From Octopus bimaculoides (Eukaryota): a DNA stretch of 64,000 nt. The notes beneath the pieces were generated by a model, which was not told where the DNA came from, searched no databases, and worked only from the letters and a program-made list of their open reading frames with translations. This document shows positions 13,784 to 28,100 of the stretch, piece by piece. The translations under genes were made by a program, and so were the position numbers. The stretch covers positions 37,435,693 through 37,499,692 of the forward strand of contig NC_068983.1 of the NCBI RefSeq assembly GCF_001194135.2. The letters run 5' to 3'. Within the stretch, counting starts at the first letter, position 1. Every line of letters starts with the position of its first letter.

Positions 13784-14032
13784 GACTGGCTTGTGCGGGT
13801 GGCACATAAAAGACACCATTTCGAGCGTGGCCGTTTTCGTGCGGGTGACACGTAAAAGCACCCACTACACTCTCTGAGTGGTTGGCGTTAGGAAGGGCAT
13901 CCAGCTGTAGAAACTCTGCCAAATCAGACTGGAGCCTGGTGTTGCCATCCGGTTTCACCAGTCCTCAGTCAAATCGTCCAACCCATGCTAGCATGGAAAG
14001 CGGACGTTAAACGATGATGATGATGATGATGA
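13784..14032 (+). mobile_element. Young RTE-type 3' end element (5' part in gap)
   Basis: Near-identical to 62927-63177, with a (GAT)n tail. Confidence 0.8.
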
Positions 14033-15468
14033 TATATGTATATATCCAGCTGTTATTCATATGTTACCTTCAGTTGTTTTAATAATGACATTTCCCAATC
14101 AGTATTTCCCAGTTCCAGACTTTTAGCTCTCAGCAAGATGGCTGCCTGTCTGCAAAACCGTAGTTACCAAGCATCTCTGTAAGGGTGCTTAACTAATGAA
14201 GGTGATGATGAGGAGTAAGATTTCAGTGGTGATGATGGTAATACTAGTGATGATGATGATGATGATGATGATCTAATAGTCCTTCTTATACCACATGGTA
14301 TGTGGTATAAAAAGTTGTCTGCTAATGGTGATGCAGTTGCTGTTGTCCTTTTAACCCAAAGTCTATCCTAATATGTAGGTGAAGTAACAGAAGCAAAACA
14401 AAGCTGAGATGTGTGTCCCACAGAATTCAGTTTCATCCCTCTACTTTCTTAGTTCAAGCTCCACCAGGGTTAACTTTGCTTTTCACTGCTCCGAAGTGTC
14501 TAACTTTAAAGTACCAGTTTGGACTGGGGTAGTTTCAATCAGCTAGATTCCTCCTCTATAATTTCTGATCATTTACTAAAGATAGAAACAATTATTCTGG
14601 AAAGTTGAAATTTTAGAGCAGCAAACAAAGGGACTTGAAGTATTTAGTTATGGACCTTTACAATCTATGTTCAAATCTCACTCTGGTCAGCTTTGGCTTT
14701 CATACTCCTGGTTTCAATAAAATAAAGTACCCATCAAGTACTTGGGTTGATTAAATCGATAGAGGTCTCCCTATAAAATGCAATGGTATAAGTTGTTATT
14801 AGGCTAGTGTATGCTAATTTAGATAGCAGGTATATTATCCTGATGTTTAGTGACCACAAATCTCCTCAAATCTCAAGAATGTTCCTTGAGGATTCTTGGA
14901 GAATATAGGATGGTAATTTTCTGCAGGTCGACAGGTCTACTTTTGTAGATTATTGTTATTATTATTATTATCAATAAGGTTGCAAGCTTGCAGACTCGTT
15001 AGCACGCCAAGCAAAATGCTTAATAGTATTTTGTCTGCTGCTACATTCTGAGGTCAAATTCCACCAAGGTTGACGTTGTCATCCTTTCGAGGTCAGTAAA
15101 TTAAGTACCAGTGAAACACTGGGGTCACTGTAATCGACTAGTCCCCTCTCACCAAATTTCAGGCCTTGTGCCTTTAGTAGAAAGGCTTATTATTATTATC
15201 ATTGTTGTTGTTGTTGTATAAGGTTGAAAGCTGGTACAATTATTAGTGAGTTGGGACAAATTACTTCGTGGCATTTCTTCTAGCTCTTTATGTTCTGGTT
15301 TCAAGTTCCACTGAGGTCAACTTTGCCTTTCATCCTTTCAGGGGTTGATAAAATATTTGTCCACTTGGACACTGGAGTGGGGGGAGGAGGGGGGTCAATG
15401 TAATTGACTTATCTCTCTCCTTAAAGTTGCTGGCCTTGTGCCAGAATTTGAAGCCATCATCATCACCA

Positions 15469-15511
<43 letters not shown>

Positions 15512-16189
15512 CATCATCATCATCATGGGAACTGTAAAAGAGGGCAGTTGTAGAACTTTGGCAAACGGAGCTTCAGATCTAATTTCAGTTCCTGAATTCA
15601 GTCAGTTCACATATGCCACTAATTATGATATTAATATAAGAGATTAATTAATTAGAATGTGTGTGTAAGAGAGAGAGAGAGAGAGAGGTGGGGGTAGTAA
15701 ATATCGTAATTAAAAAAGAGACGAAAGAGATTATAGTAACAGGGCCAGAGATAAAGGTGGTGGGCGTAGTGAAAGGACAACTACAGAGTGAATGGAAGAA
15801 ATGTAGATTGAGGTAATTGCAATTAAGAGTAGTACCATGCCATTCCATTATGAAGAGTCATTAAAATAAGATGACAGCTGGTAGGTTTAAGAGGCTGATT
15901 CAGAAGAGTTAAGTGCTGTTGTGTCATGAGTGTTTAACAAGTTTTCATTCCACACTTTTTATGTATATAACATACATGCATCTAGTCATTTACTTATTGT
16001 TGTTATACATATGTACATATGCCTTATAAGAATAGTATTGACAGTGATTTCGACGTTTTGGCTGGTTAAGCCATCATTGAACAGTCCACTGATGACTTAG
16101 CTAGTTGAAACTCTGAAGTCATTATCAATACTGTTCTTGTCAAAGAATAAGAAATGTGTACTCTACCTTAGTGATAAGCACTAAGGGCA

Positions 16190-16705
16190 CACAGGGCTTA
16201 GACTCTCTCAAATGCCTTGGAGGCTCTCTTGAGGTTGTAGATAGTTTCTGTTATCTAGGTGACCAAATTAGCAATGATGGAGGATGCTCTGAAAGTATTG
16301 TTTCCAGAATAAGATTAGGATGGAGGAAGTTCAGAGAGTTATTACCTCTTGGCAGCAAAAAGACTCTTTCTTTAAGTGAAAGGTAGATTATATGATGTTT
16401 GTGTGTGAATGGCTATACTCCATGGTAGTGAGACATGGTCTCTGAATGAAAAAGACATGCATAAACTAGAGAGAAATGAAGGCAGTATTCTTCGTAGGAT
16501 GTGCAACATCAATGTGCATGGATAACAAAGTGCAAATGTGTTCAGAGAAAAGTTGGGCATAAGAGGAAGCAAATGTAGCATGCAAGAGAGAAGACTATAT
16601 TGGTTTGGATATGTGATGTGTATAAATGAAGACAGCTGTTAAAAGAAGTACTAGTCTATGAAAGTGAATGGTGCCCGTGGAAGAGGGAGACCCAGGAAGA
16701 CAGTT
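16190..16705 (+). mobile_element. RTE-clade LINE ORF 3' fragment, decayed
   Basis: LEVVDSFCYLGDQIS...GWRKFRELLPL, then HGSETWSL, REKLGIRG and GRGRPRKT, all typical of the RTE RT C-terminal region. Contains stops and frameshifts. Confidence 0.85.
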
Positions 16706-18945
16706 AATTCACTAAAGCGCATGCATTAACTGATAGATCAAATTTAAAGAACAAAGTATTAAAATTCGCTGTTCCTTCAGTAAACACATTTTCTCCTGCT
16801 CTGTCCCTGTCTCTCATTCTCTCTGTGTGTCTCTTTGTCTCCTTCTCTTCCCTAATATCACCCACCCTCATTATGCCACCACATTTCCCTCAATGTAATA
16901 TTCTTTGCACCCTTCTCATTTTATCATTTAATAGCCCAACCCCTGTAGGGGGCCCATAATCGATTTTTATTGAAATCCAATTAGCCTATAATTGAACTGG
17001 ATGTTATTTTAACATGTATGCAAAGTTTTGTGAAGATTGATTTGCTGGTATAGGCAGCAAGATGGTAACAGACAGAAAGATAGAAATCGCCATTTATATA
17101 TAAGATATATATATATACACATGCACATACATCATCTTCATCCTCATCATCGTTGTTTTATTATCCACTTGTCCATGCTTGCATGTGTCAGACAGAATTT
17201 ATTGAAGCAGATTTTGTCACATGCTTGTATATTTGAAAGCATATAGCCTAGTGGTTAAAGTTATCAGATTTATGATTATAAAGTTCTGAGGTTCAATACC
17301 CAGGTTGAGTGTCCATGAGCAATGCATGTTGCTTCAGTATGTTCAATTGAAAACGAGTACCAGCCTAGTATTGGTGTAGCTCTCTTTCTCTCTAACACCA
17401 GCTGTCACATTCCTTGATGCTTTGCTGGATCAAGGGTGAGAGAGACAATGCTCACAGCAAAAGTGTGGTTCAAGCTACAAGGTCATGTTCACATACAAGT
17501 AAGGGCTAAGTTTATATGCATGTGTGTGACTTTAAACTGCATCCAGTTGTGGGTCTCTGGTCTGGGAATTCTGTGGAATGTGGAATCACCTCTTAGCTAC
17601 TATTGTTCTCAGGTCCATTCTAACCTGGAGTAATAGCACCTGTTAGGGTCCTAGATGTGGGTTAACAAGCATGTGAACCACTGGGAGTGATCAAGAACAA
17701 CAACTAGTTCTCATTAGAACTTCTTTCTTAAAGAGGGTAAATTTATATTTAAAAAAAAACCTAAAATGCAGTTGCTTTCTGGTCATCTCGACTTTTGTTG
17801 TGCCAATGGTTTTGTAGTTGAAAAGTGGTTTCAGTACTGTGCAACACTTTATCCACTCCATACAAATTCACACACAGGAACTTCTTGGGCTCTCAGAACA
17901 TTTTGCATTGTCTTAATGAGTTTAGGAAGTGGTCTCAGTCTCAAGTTGACTTCCAACATGGGTGTATGAATGCATATACTCTTCCTATTTTTATTACATA
18001 ATTCTGGATGATAATTAAACTGAGAAAATTTAACAAATCTTTAAACATCTATGGTATTTTATTTCAATATATTGAAGCAGTACATTTGAGAGTTTAAATG
18101 AATGTTCAGTACGTGAAGGGACACTGATTAAAGAGAGAGGGTGGGGATTCCCTATTACTCTATCAAACAAAAACAAACAATAATTTATCTGTTGTAACTG
18201 AAACATTTTTTCGATTTTTCAAAGAAAAGAAAATAAGCAAGGTTGTCCAGAAATTTAATGGGTTTTTTTTTTTTGCATCATTAGCAGCTGTTGTTATTTA
18301 GCCCCAGGTCTTCCCTGATTGAGTAGACTTATGATCAAAGGCAAAATGTCTTTTCTGATAGAATTTATCTCAGACTATATATATATCCAACATGTATTTC
18401 TTTTTTTTTTTTAATGATAGTGTATTTTGAGAGAAATTTAGCAGGTTGAGCAGGACATAGATTCCCCTGTTAGTAATTTATTAGTTGATATCTGTACATG
18501 TTGTTAGTGTCAAAATACTGTGTACTGCTGATAAGGCAAGGTACATATAACTGAAAATTCTTGAGAAGAAGTGCTTCTAAGTTTGTTGCCACTGTTTCCT
18601 TGGAATACATTGCAGTTGAGAATCTGTAAATGGTATCTGTGATAGACAAGCATCATATCTAGGAGAAAATTTATGTCTCATCTATCAGAAGCTTCAAAAC
18701 TAACACATACACCATATTTATTTTTTATCTTTTACTCGTTTCAGTCATTGGACTGCAGCCATGCAGGGGTACCACCTTAAAGAGTTTAGTTGAACAAATT
18801 GACCTCAGTATTAATTTTTCAAGCTTGGAACTTACTCCATTGGTCTATTTTGTTGATCCACTAGGTTACAGGGATGTAAACAAACCAACTAATTGTCAAG
18901 TGGTGGTGGAAGATAAACAGAAAGACACACATACATAGGGTATAC

Positions 18946-18983
<38 letters not shown>

Positions 18984-19174
18984 ATATATAGTATAATAAT
19001 TAAGAGAAAGTTTTTGGTACAGTATTATATATATTTGAAAGAATGAGTAGAGATGGCTTTTTTGAAGGGATAATTTTTATTTTCATCTTAATAATAATGT
19101 TTACAGTGAGTTACTCTGATATGAGTTTCAAGCCATCTCTACTCATTCTTTCAAATAAATAAATGTATATATAT

Positions 19175-19660
19175 CAGTGGCGACTCCGGCATTCGGGCTG
19201 TTCAGGCTTAGCCTGAGTATAAATTTAATAAAGTGAACATGTATTTGCAAGCTGATTTAATTTCTACCAGCACTGACTTCAAGTATATAATTTCAGCCAA
19301 TAACTCGGGCTTCTTTTATTGAGCCTAATCGCAGTTCATTTAATTTCATTCAGCATCTGGTGGTTGTCTTAGAGGTGCCCTATGTAAAAAAATATCATTT
19401 GTATCAGACATTCTCTTAACATCATTCACATATACCTGACTCACGCTCAGAAGTTAAAGCCCAAGTTGTTATCTATAACTGGAAAAATTAGAAGTAATTC
19501 AAATTCAATGTTTTCTTGAAACAATCAATTTCTATAGAGATTAGGATTTAAATTCCAATCTATGAAAAGTTTCCGTTCTGCAATATTCTTAAAGGAACGA
19601 AAAATTATCCGGCAACTCGGGCTAATACGAACGAGCTTGCTAGGTGTAAAAGACTCACTG
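19175..19660. mobile_element. Possible DNA-transposon fragment
   Basis: Starts CAGTGGCGACTCC (hAT-like TIR) and has more CpG than its flanks. No matching right TIR or TSD was found. Confidence 0.3.
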
Positions 19661-20089
19661 GCATCTCTTGTCAAGAGTACAGGCGACAGTCAGATTGCTG
19701 ATGTTTGTTGTGCACTCTGCTGTTGTTATTTGATTGCTGTTATTCTGTGTGTAGAGATCAGTTGTGTTTTGCAGGGTTGCTTTATTTTTACCCTTAACTT
19801 AGAAATAGAGAAAGCCATAGTGCTAGATACATACAATGGACAATGCATCCATAGAATAATCAATATATTTATTATAATAGTCAATTCATGTTGCCTACAC
19901 GTGTTTTGGGGGGGGGGCAACATGAATTGACTATTATAATAAATATATGGATTATTCTATGGATGCATTCTCCATTAGCTTTGTATTATTAAAATTTTTT
20001 CTCTTATATCGAAAAGATAACATCTACAGTGACAACTGGAATTCCAAAAAGTGTAAAGTACTAATATCAAAGAAGATTTTTAAAATGAG

Positions 20090-20382
20090 AATATCTGAAA
20101 TAAACTCGACTGCTCTCACAAATGAGAATACTAAAAATGCACCCGACCGCTCTCAAAAGTTAAGTAAAACAACTGGAAAAATAATCCAGAATCCTCGTCC
20201 AGTACTGGATTGATTCCAAAATCTAATCAGTTCGCGCCAGTCATGAGGCCAAACATCCCTGAAAGTTTCATCCAAATCCACCCAGCGGTTTTTGAGATAT
20301 CTTGTCCACAGACAAACAAACAAATAAACGTGACTGAAAACAATACCTCCACCTTCACCAAGGTAGAGGTAATAATAATAAT
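20090..20382 (+). mobile_element. Helitron/Helentron-like non-autonomous element end
   Basis: AAGTTTCATCCAAATCC...GAGATATC...ACAGACAAAC followed by the terminal hairpin ACCTCCACCTT-CACC-AAGGTAGAGGT and (AAT)n. This layout resembles DINE-1/HINE-type elements (from recall). Confidence 0.5.
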
Positions 20383-21083
20383 AATAATAATTTCTCTCAG
20401 GGCTGATATGTGAACAGGAATAGTTTATTGTCAGATAAATTGACTACAAAATGTTTAGCGTTATTTTATTGACCATGTAGAATATAAATAAAAAATCATG
20501 GTATTTGAACTTGAAGAGCTGGAATAAATACTGCTAAGCATTTTGTCCACTGTGTTTAATGACTCTACCAACTCACAGTCTTTTGACTTGAACTTAGAAT
20601 GGGAAAGATAAACCAAACTAATGGGAATGTTTAGTTTGGTATTCCCATCAAATAATATAATTAACTTGAATAATAATTTTTTTGTTCTTTAGTTGTATGC
20701 TAGGTCACTTTTAATGAAAGATTAATTAATCACGCCTGTCTTAGTAAAATACTGGGTCAAAGATGGAAGTCAAAGTTGTCTCTAGTACCATTTGAACTAG
20801 AAACCAAGGAGGAATGACAACAACAATTATGGATGTGTTTAGTAATGCAATTAGCCCAGCACTTCGCTCACTTAGCCATCCCAACCCCACTTCCCATGTA
20901 TATAATTTGAACATCACATGACAATGTTAAAGTATATGTGAAAAATCATATAGATTATAACCAAGTAACCTTCTCTACAAGTAAGTACTCCTTGACCCTC
21001 ACAAAACCTGAAACACACTTTTACATATATGTGAGTATGTAGGTATGTATGTTTCTTTGTATGTATGTGTTTGTGTAAATGTT

Positions 21084-21119
<36 letters not shown>

Positions 21120-22089
21120 NNNNNNNNNNNNNNNNNNNNNNNNNNNNNNNNNNNNNNNNNNNNNNNNNNNNNNNNNNNNNNNNNNNNNNNNNNNNNNNNN
21201 NNNNNNNNNNNNNNNNNNNATATATATATATATAATGTATGTGTTTGTATCCAACTGACTTACCTTTGAGATTTAACCTTTATTTGTAAAGACACAAAAG
21301 TAAAAGTTGTTTGACTTCATGTGGCCTATACATTTTCTTTTCTTTTCATTCTACATTCAGCCAGGTTTGCTTTAAAGAATTACCAACAGTGCTCAATATA
21401 ACAAGGAAGCTTGAACAGCATTTTGGTGTTTTATTGAACACCTAATGTAACACCGAACATGTTTCCTTAATTTACTGCAAGTCTTATGTGGTCTTAAATA
21501 AGTTTCTTCACTTTTCCTGGCTAGTAACAAAGATACTCTTTCAGAATCATATGGCAGGCATTAGATGTGTCTGTCTATTATAAGCAATTTGCCAAATATT
21601 TCAAGCGTATAAATGTGTGTGTGTGCTTGTCTTTTTTTTTTACTTGTTTCAGTCATTAGACTGTGGCCATACTGGGGCACTGACTTGAAAAATTTTAAGT
21701 TGAATGAATTGACCCTAATACAATGGAATAAGTGCCAGGGTTAAAAAAGCTTGGTACTTATTCCATTGGGTCTTTTGCCAATCTGCTAAGTTACAGGGAC
21801 ATAAACACACAACACCAGTTGTAAAGCAGTAATGGGGGACAAACACAGATGCAAAGCCATATACACACACACACATTTATATGCAACAGGCTTCTTTCAG
21901 TTTCCATTCATAAGGCTTTGGTGAGTGCAAGGCTATAGAGGAAGACACTTGCCCAAGGTGCAATGCAATGAGATTGAACCCAGAATCGTGTGGTTGGGAA
22001 GCAAACTTCTTACCTCATAGCTATGCCTGCACATGTATGTATATATGATAGCAATTACATCATAGAAGAACCATTTTATCTTTACTAAA

Positions 22090-22090
<1 letters not shown>

Positions 22091-22173
<83 letters not shown>
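22091..22173. repeat. (CA)n microsatellite, ~40 units
   Basis: Directly visible. Confidence 0.95.
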
Positions 22174-22177
<4 letters not shown>

Positions 22178-25100
22178 CTAATAAATTCACTTTTCATTTT
22201 TCTTTTGAGATGTCAAAATTTTCGTCACATTCCTGTGGCTGTAAATCCACCGTAACTTTCTTGAAGTCAGCTCATACCAGGGAATTCTTTCTTTAGCTCA
22301 CTATTTTTTGTCTTTTACTTGTTTCAGCCAATGGACTGCAAACATAAGTCTGGTACTTATTTTATCAATCCTTTTTTGCTGAACCACTAATTTATGTGGA
22401 TGTATACAAACCAACACTGGTTAGTTAGTGGTGGTGGAGGATAAGCACAAAAAGACGCACCCACACACAGACATATATACATGTGTGCGCGGACAAATGA
22501 AAGAAAAAGACACTCAACACATTTAGTAGAAGTTAATATATCATTATTTAATAAGTACCAGTTGAGTACTGGGGTCGATGTAGCCAACTTACCCTTGCCC
22601 ACAAAATTCAGACATTGTGCCTTTAGGAGAAAGGATTGTTTAAAAATTTTGCAGGTTTCTAACTGAAATGTATCTTGTAGAAGCTAGGTGTCTTTGGTTT
22701 CCATCTACCAAATCCACTTGGAAGGCTTTGGTCAGCCTGGGGCTATAGTAGAAGACAATTGTCCAAAGTGCCATGCAGTGGGACCATGTGGTTGGGAAGT
22801 GAACCTTTGCCACCACACCTGCAACAACAGTGGTGTCATTGCTATGTGTGCTATTTATACTATTTGTATTGTTCCTCTTTCTTCTTATTTTCAATGCATT
22901 TTTTTCTCATTGTGCAACTGTGTTTATGCTTGCAGGTCTTTCTGCTTAATTAACCTTCATAGTGGCTCAGTTTTATTTTATTTAAAAATCTCTTTTAGCC
23001 TGCTTTCCTGTTTGAAATTATTGTTGGATGTGTTTGTTGATGTTATTGAGGTTACAGCTACTATTACTGTGACAAACAGCTCTTCCTGTTAATTCTGAGG
23101 CCATTTTCAAACAGAAATAACAATACAAATGGCTACTGTTGAAAGTATATTTATAATGAAAATCTTCAATTCAACACCCCTCCACCTTTTTTTTTTCTTT
23201 TTGTCAAGTCCAAAATTGGGAGATGGGAAGATGTTCAACTATTCCTAATCCTTTTCTCCGCCCCCCCAAAAAAAACCCCACCTTCTCCCAAACCTTAGCC
23301 TTTATGTCAATCCTGTAACAAACCACATTTTGAAAGAACTCTGTAAACACATGTATTCCAAAGAAAATAATAACAACAACAACAATAATGGTTTCAAATT
23401 TTGGCATAAGGCTAGCAATTTTTTAGAGGGAGGAGATTTGTGGATTATATTGACCCCACCCCCCACCCAGTGTTTGACTGGTACTTTATTTTATGAACCT
23501 TGAAAGGTTGAAAAGACAAAGTTGACCTCTGTATAATTTGAACTCAATATATGAGTAAGAAAAAATACAGCAAAGTATTCTTTGACAACATTCAATGATT
23601 CTGCCTACTACCTGTCTTAGCAGCAGCAGCAGTAGTAGTAGTAGTAGTAGTAGTAGTAACAACAACAACAATAATAGTAATGGTTTCAAATTTTAGCACA
23701 AGACCAGCAAATTTGGCAGAGTGGTAAGTTGATTACATCAACTCCAGTGCTCAACTGATATTTATTTTATCAACCCCAAAAGTCGACTTCTGTGGAATTT
23801 GAACTCAAAATATAAAGATGGATGAAATGCCACTATTTCGTTTGACATGCTAACAATTCTGTCAGCTCTCGCCTTAGTAATAATAATAATGATAACAAGA
23901 GCACTCAGAGAGTGCAAACCTCTGCCCAGGCAGGGTGATTTGTTAGTAATGTTACCAGTGTGGTTTGAGTCTTCTTGCATAGTGTTTCTTTGTTAGTGCT
24001 GATGTATGTGGTGGATATATGATATGAGTCTGAGTCTGTCCTTATTTGGAGTTACTACTCTCTCTCTAGGATGGGTCTAAAAACTAGATCTTATTTATAC
24101 ATTCCATTTTTGACTTGATTTCTACCAGTAGATGCCTTTCCTGTTTGTTATTTACCACTTCACTGTGTGAATTTGGTGGATTTTATTCTAACACCTGCAT
24201 TAGAGTAGATGGCATGTCTTCCGCAAGACTAAAAAGTGTTTCTACATTGTTTCTACTTGTTTGCCAGCCATTTTACTGAATAGACTGGGTGCATTTTGTC
24301 ATCGTGCTTCCATTGGTGAAGTTGCCTTGTACATTGTAAGGTTAAAGATTTGCTCCAACTTCTGACTCAGACATGTTATTTCCTCTCTCTGTCTTTTGTA
24401 CTGCTACTGTAATAGCCTCTGCTCCTCAGAACTAGTTGGGTTCATATCACTTTCTCTCGAGTGTTCTTGACCCACTCCTCATTTCTCCTCTCATTATCCC
24501 TATTGTATCCAACCCCTTAGGCCCTGCACTAATCATTATGCCCAGTTCTTTCCCAGAGTGTCAACCCCTTGGAATTCCTTCCCTGCTTGTACTTTTCTGC
24601 AGGCATTGGAACATTACTGGCATCAGTCTTACTAATCTAGGAGAGCCTACAAAAGTCATGGGCACTGCCCCTTCCTCCAGCCCCAAGAAGTAAAAAGCAA
24701 AAAAACAAAAGTAGTTCTTATAACTCTACAATATGTATGTTCACTCAAAGAAATGTGCTGAAGAGAGTAAATAGAAGGGAGAAAGAGAGGGACAGAGCAA
24801 TAGAAAAGAAAGACCAGGATGAATGGGTAAAGAGAGCAATAATATAATGGTAGAAAAATAATGACTGGAATGAGATGGTAGAGGGGAGAGTGATGTGTAG
24901 AAATAGACCTCTGTTACTATTCTTATAGTGGTAAGAGAATGAGGTAACCCAAGGGAGCAGGAATGATGACTGGCAATACAGAAAGGGTGATAGTAGAATG
25001 TATCGGGTACAAACAGATTTGATGCAGGTTCAGAGGTAAGAAATGTGTGATTCATTTGTAGGTTCCCTTTATTTGTTCACTTGGTCTACGTTGATTGAGT

Positions 25101-28100
25101 TGTTAATTCAGGTTGTGCTCTATTGGAGTTTCAGTCGATCCTCAAAGTCCATCTGCAAACCATTTAAAAAGTTTTCATACTTGCCCCTTTTTGCTACCTT
25201 TTTCAGCTCAGGGTCATAGCAACATTGTCCCCTTAAAATAGCACCAACACACATTCACTAAACATATCTCAAGGAAAGACTTGACCGAGTGACCTTATCT
25301 AGGACCTTATTTCATCTGTTCAACTCCACACAACAGAGAAAAGGATTGGCTTGTTGATTGACTTCTGGTTTAGAAAAAGATTAACTTTCAATTTAATTTG
25401 GTGTCACATAAAAAGCACTATTTTCCTGATGCCATGTAAGAAGCACTCACTACATACTGTAAAGTGGTTGGCATTAGGAAGGGCATCCAGCATTAGAAAC
25501 CAAGCCAAAACAGACTATAGAACCTGGTGCTGCTCTTGGCCTTGCAAGCTCCTGTTAAACCATTCAACACATGCTAGCATGGAGAATGGAAGTTAAATGA
25601 TGATGATGATGTATCAGGAAGAAAAAAGGAAAATACACTTGTAGCAATACTCCTTCACTCAGAAACATGTATCTTGGAGTATCTTGCAATGTAAAGATAG
25701 TTTTAACAAAAGATTGCTTCTGGCAGAACCAATATGAAATACTTTTGATGATGATCTGCCTGTTTTTTGAGAGAGTGTTGTAGTCATACAAAAACATGTA
25801 TTTCTATACACATTTAAATGTATCCATGTGCATGTGTATTGGTGTATGCATTATGCATGCATGTGTTTATGCATGCACATATTTATGCATTCATGGATGT
25901 ATGCATGCATGTATGTATATGTTGAGGAGATAGAGTGAAAGTAACAAGAAAGTGAATTTGAAAAGCCGATAAAGATGTCAATGCATGGATTAAAATAGTA
26001 TTATAGAAAGTATTTATCTGGAGTTTTTAATACCACTATTACTACTACAGTATTTGCAATGATAAAGAATATGTTTCTGATCTGCCATTCTCTGCCAAAA
26101 GATACTTCTCATCTGCCTGTTGTTCATTTTACTATTATATAAATTTCTATTTTTATTCATCATCTCAACAGCTTCTTATTCAACCTAACTCACTGTTATC
26201 TCACTTTCTTATTTGTTTATTTGCTCTTTTTTTCATTTTTTAAAAACATTTGTGTATTTATTCATTTAATTTAATTATTTCTACACTTTAATGAGATTAC
26301 TGTAAAATTTCTAATTTTCTAAGAATTTCATTAGACACACATCTACTTCACTTTACACACTTACATATAGCTTTTGTTCTACTTACTCAATTTCAAGGTT
26401 ACTGTTTTGGTTCTAGTACAGCACTATGTGAGTTTTTTTATTTTTATGTGATTGACCTAGTGAGCATTTGATAAAATCTGGAGATATCCAACAGTAAAAA
26501 CTACATGCTTGTCTCTGAAGTACAAGAGTGATGCAAGTGCAATCCTATACCTGCCATGACTGAAATAAAGTTAAACCTTTGAGCATAAGGCCAGTAGCCA
26601 ACACCATATTACACAGTTAATATATTTCAGGGAACTTCAAAAAAGGAGCTAGAAAAAGTATAAGAAAGTTTATATTAGTTAGCAGGGATGTTGTCTTGAG
26701 GTTTGGTGACAAGTCTCTTCAAATCTTGAGAGTCTTTCATAGGTTCTTACAGAATACACAATTTCACTTTTCTGCAGGTTGACAATGCAAGTCTCAATTC
26801 CGATATATTTCAGTCTCTTAGGTTGCAATTTATCATCATCATTATCATGGTGGTGGTGGTGGTGGTGGTGGTTGTGATGGCATGGACATTTAAATCAGTA
26901 TAACACATGGTTTACTTGACTGACTGTGGGTCTCATTAATAAATAATAATTTCGTTTGCTTAGGCACAAGTTTAGTTGTACAAGGCAAGTATAAAGTCAA
27001 TACTGCCTTCCTTGTACATATTTTATCCCCTTCCAGAGGAATGGAAAGCAACGTGATATGAATTAAGAATAGTGAAGACCAAAATATAATTATTGTAATT
27101 TGATTAGTCTGTTGCCTGCCATTCTGCTGTTTCACTATACATTATTATGAATCATCATGCAATGCCCTAACCTAATAGTCAGGGTATTGCACTCACGATT
27201 GTGAGATTGGTTTCAGTTCCTGGACTGGGTGGTGCGTTCTGTTCTTGAGCAAAGCATTTCATCTCGCATTGCTCTGCGATCACTTTGACACCCGATGTGA
27301 GGTACACCTTGTACCTGGCACGATAATATGTTCAGATTTTCTACTGGTACTTATTTTATTGACCCCAAAAGGATGAAAGGTAAAGACAGCCTTGGTAGAA
27401 TTTGAACTCAGAATGCAAAGATGGATAAAGTGCCACTAAGCATTTTATCTGACATTCTAATTACTGGCATCAGTCTTACTAATCTAGGAGAGCCTACAAA
27501 AGTCATGGGCACTGCCCCTTCCTCCAGCCCCAAGAAGTAAAAAGCAAAAAGACAAAAGTAGTTCTTATAACTCTACAATATGTATGTTCACTCAAAGAAA
27601 TGTGCTGAAGAGAGTAAATAGAAGGGAGAAAGAGAGGGACAGAGCAATAGAAAAGAAAGACCAGGATGAATGGGTAAAGAGAGCAATAATATAATAGTAG
27701 AAAAATAATGACTGGAATGAGATGGTACAACACATACATTTGATCATTATAAACAAATCATTTGTGCTGATCATTTGGTAAAAAATTGCAGAACCATTTT
27801 TCTCATTCTATGAGCGACTACCATCATTAGGAATTGTCATTGTTTTAACATCTGCTTTTCTATGTTTGCATGGCCCAGAAGGGGTTCATTGAGGCAGATT
27901 TTCTGTGACTGGATGCCTTCCTGTTGCCAACCCTCACCTGTTTCCAAACAAGGAAATGCTTCCTCAAGACCAGACATGTTCCTATGGAGAACTAGAAACA
28001 AAGGATATTGCTGGTATGATCATGACATTTATTGATATGTTACATGATATCAAGATAAGGAGACTCAAACACACATACATTCATATGTGCGTGCACACAC

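Noticed and set aside
4241-13958. Long ORFs of 200-358 aa in the track
   Set aside because: They are open only because they run through N-gaps; the flanks are microsatellites or repeat tails.
26551-26559. Possible 9-nt microexon (tttatttcag|TCATGGCAG|gtatag, minus strand)
   Set aside because: The donor is weak and the acceptor resembles the decayed SINE tail TTTCAGTCA, so chance is likely.
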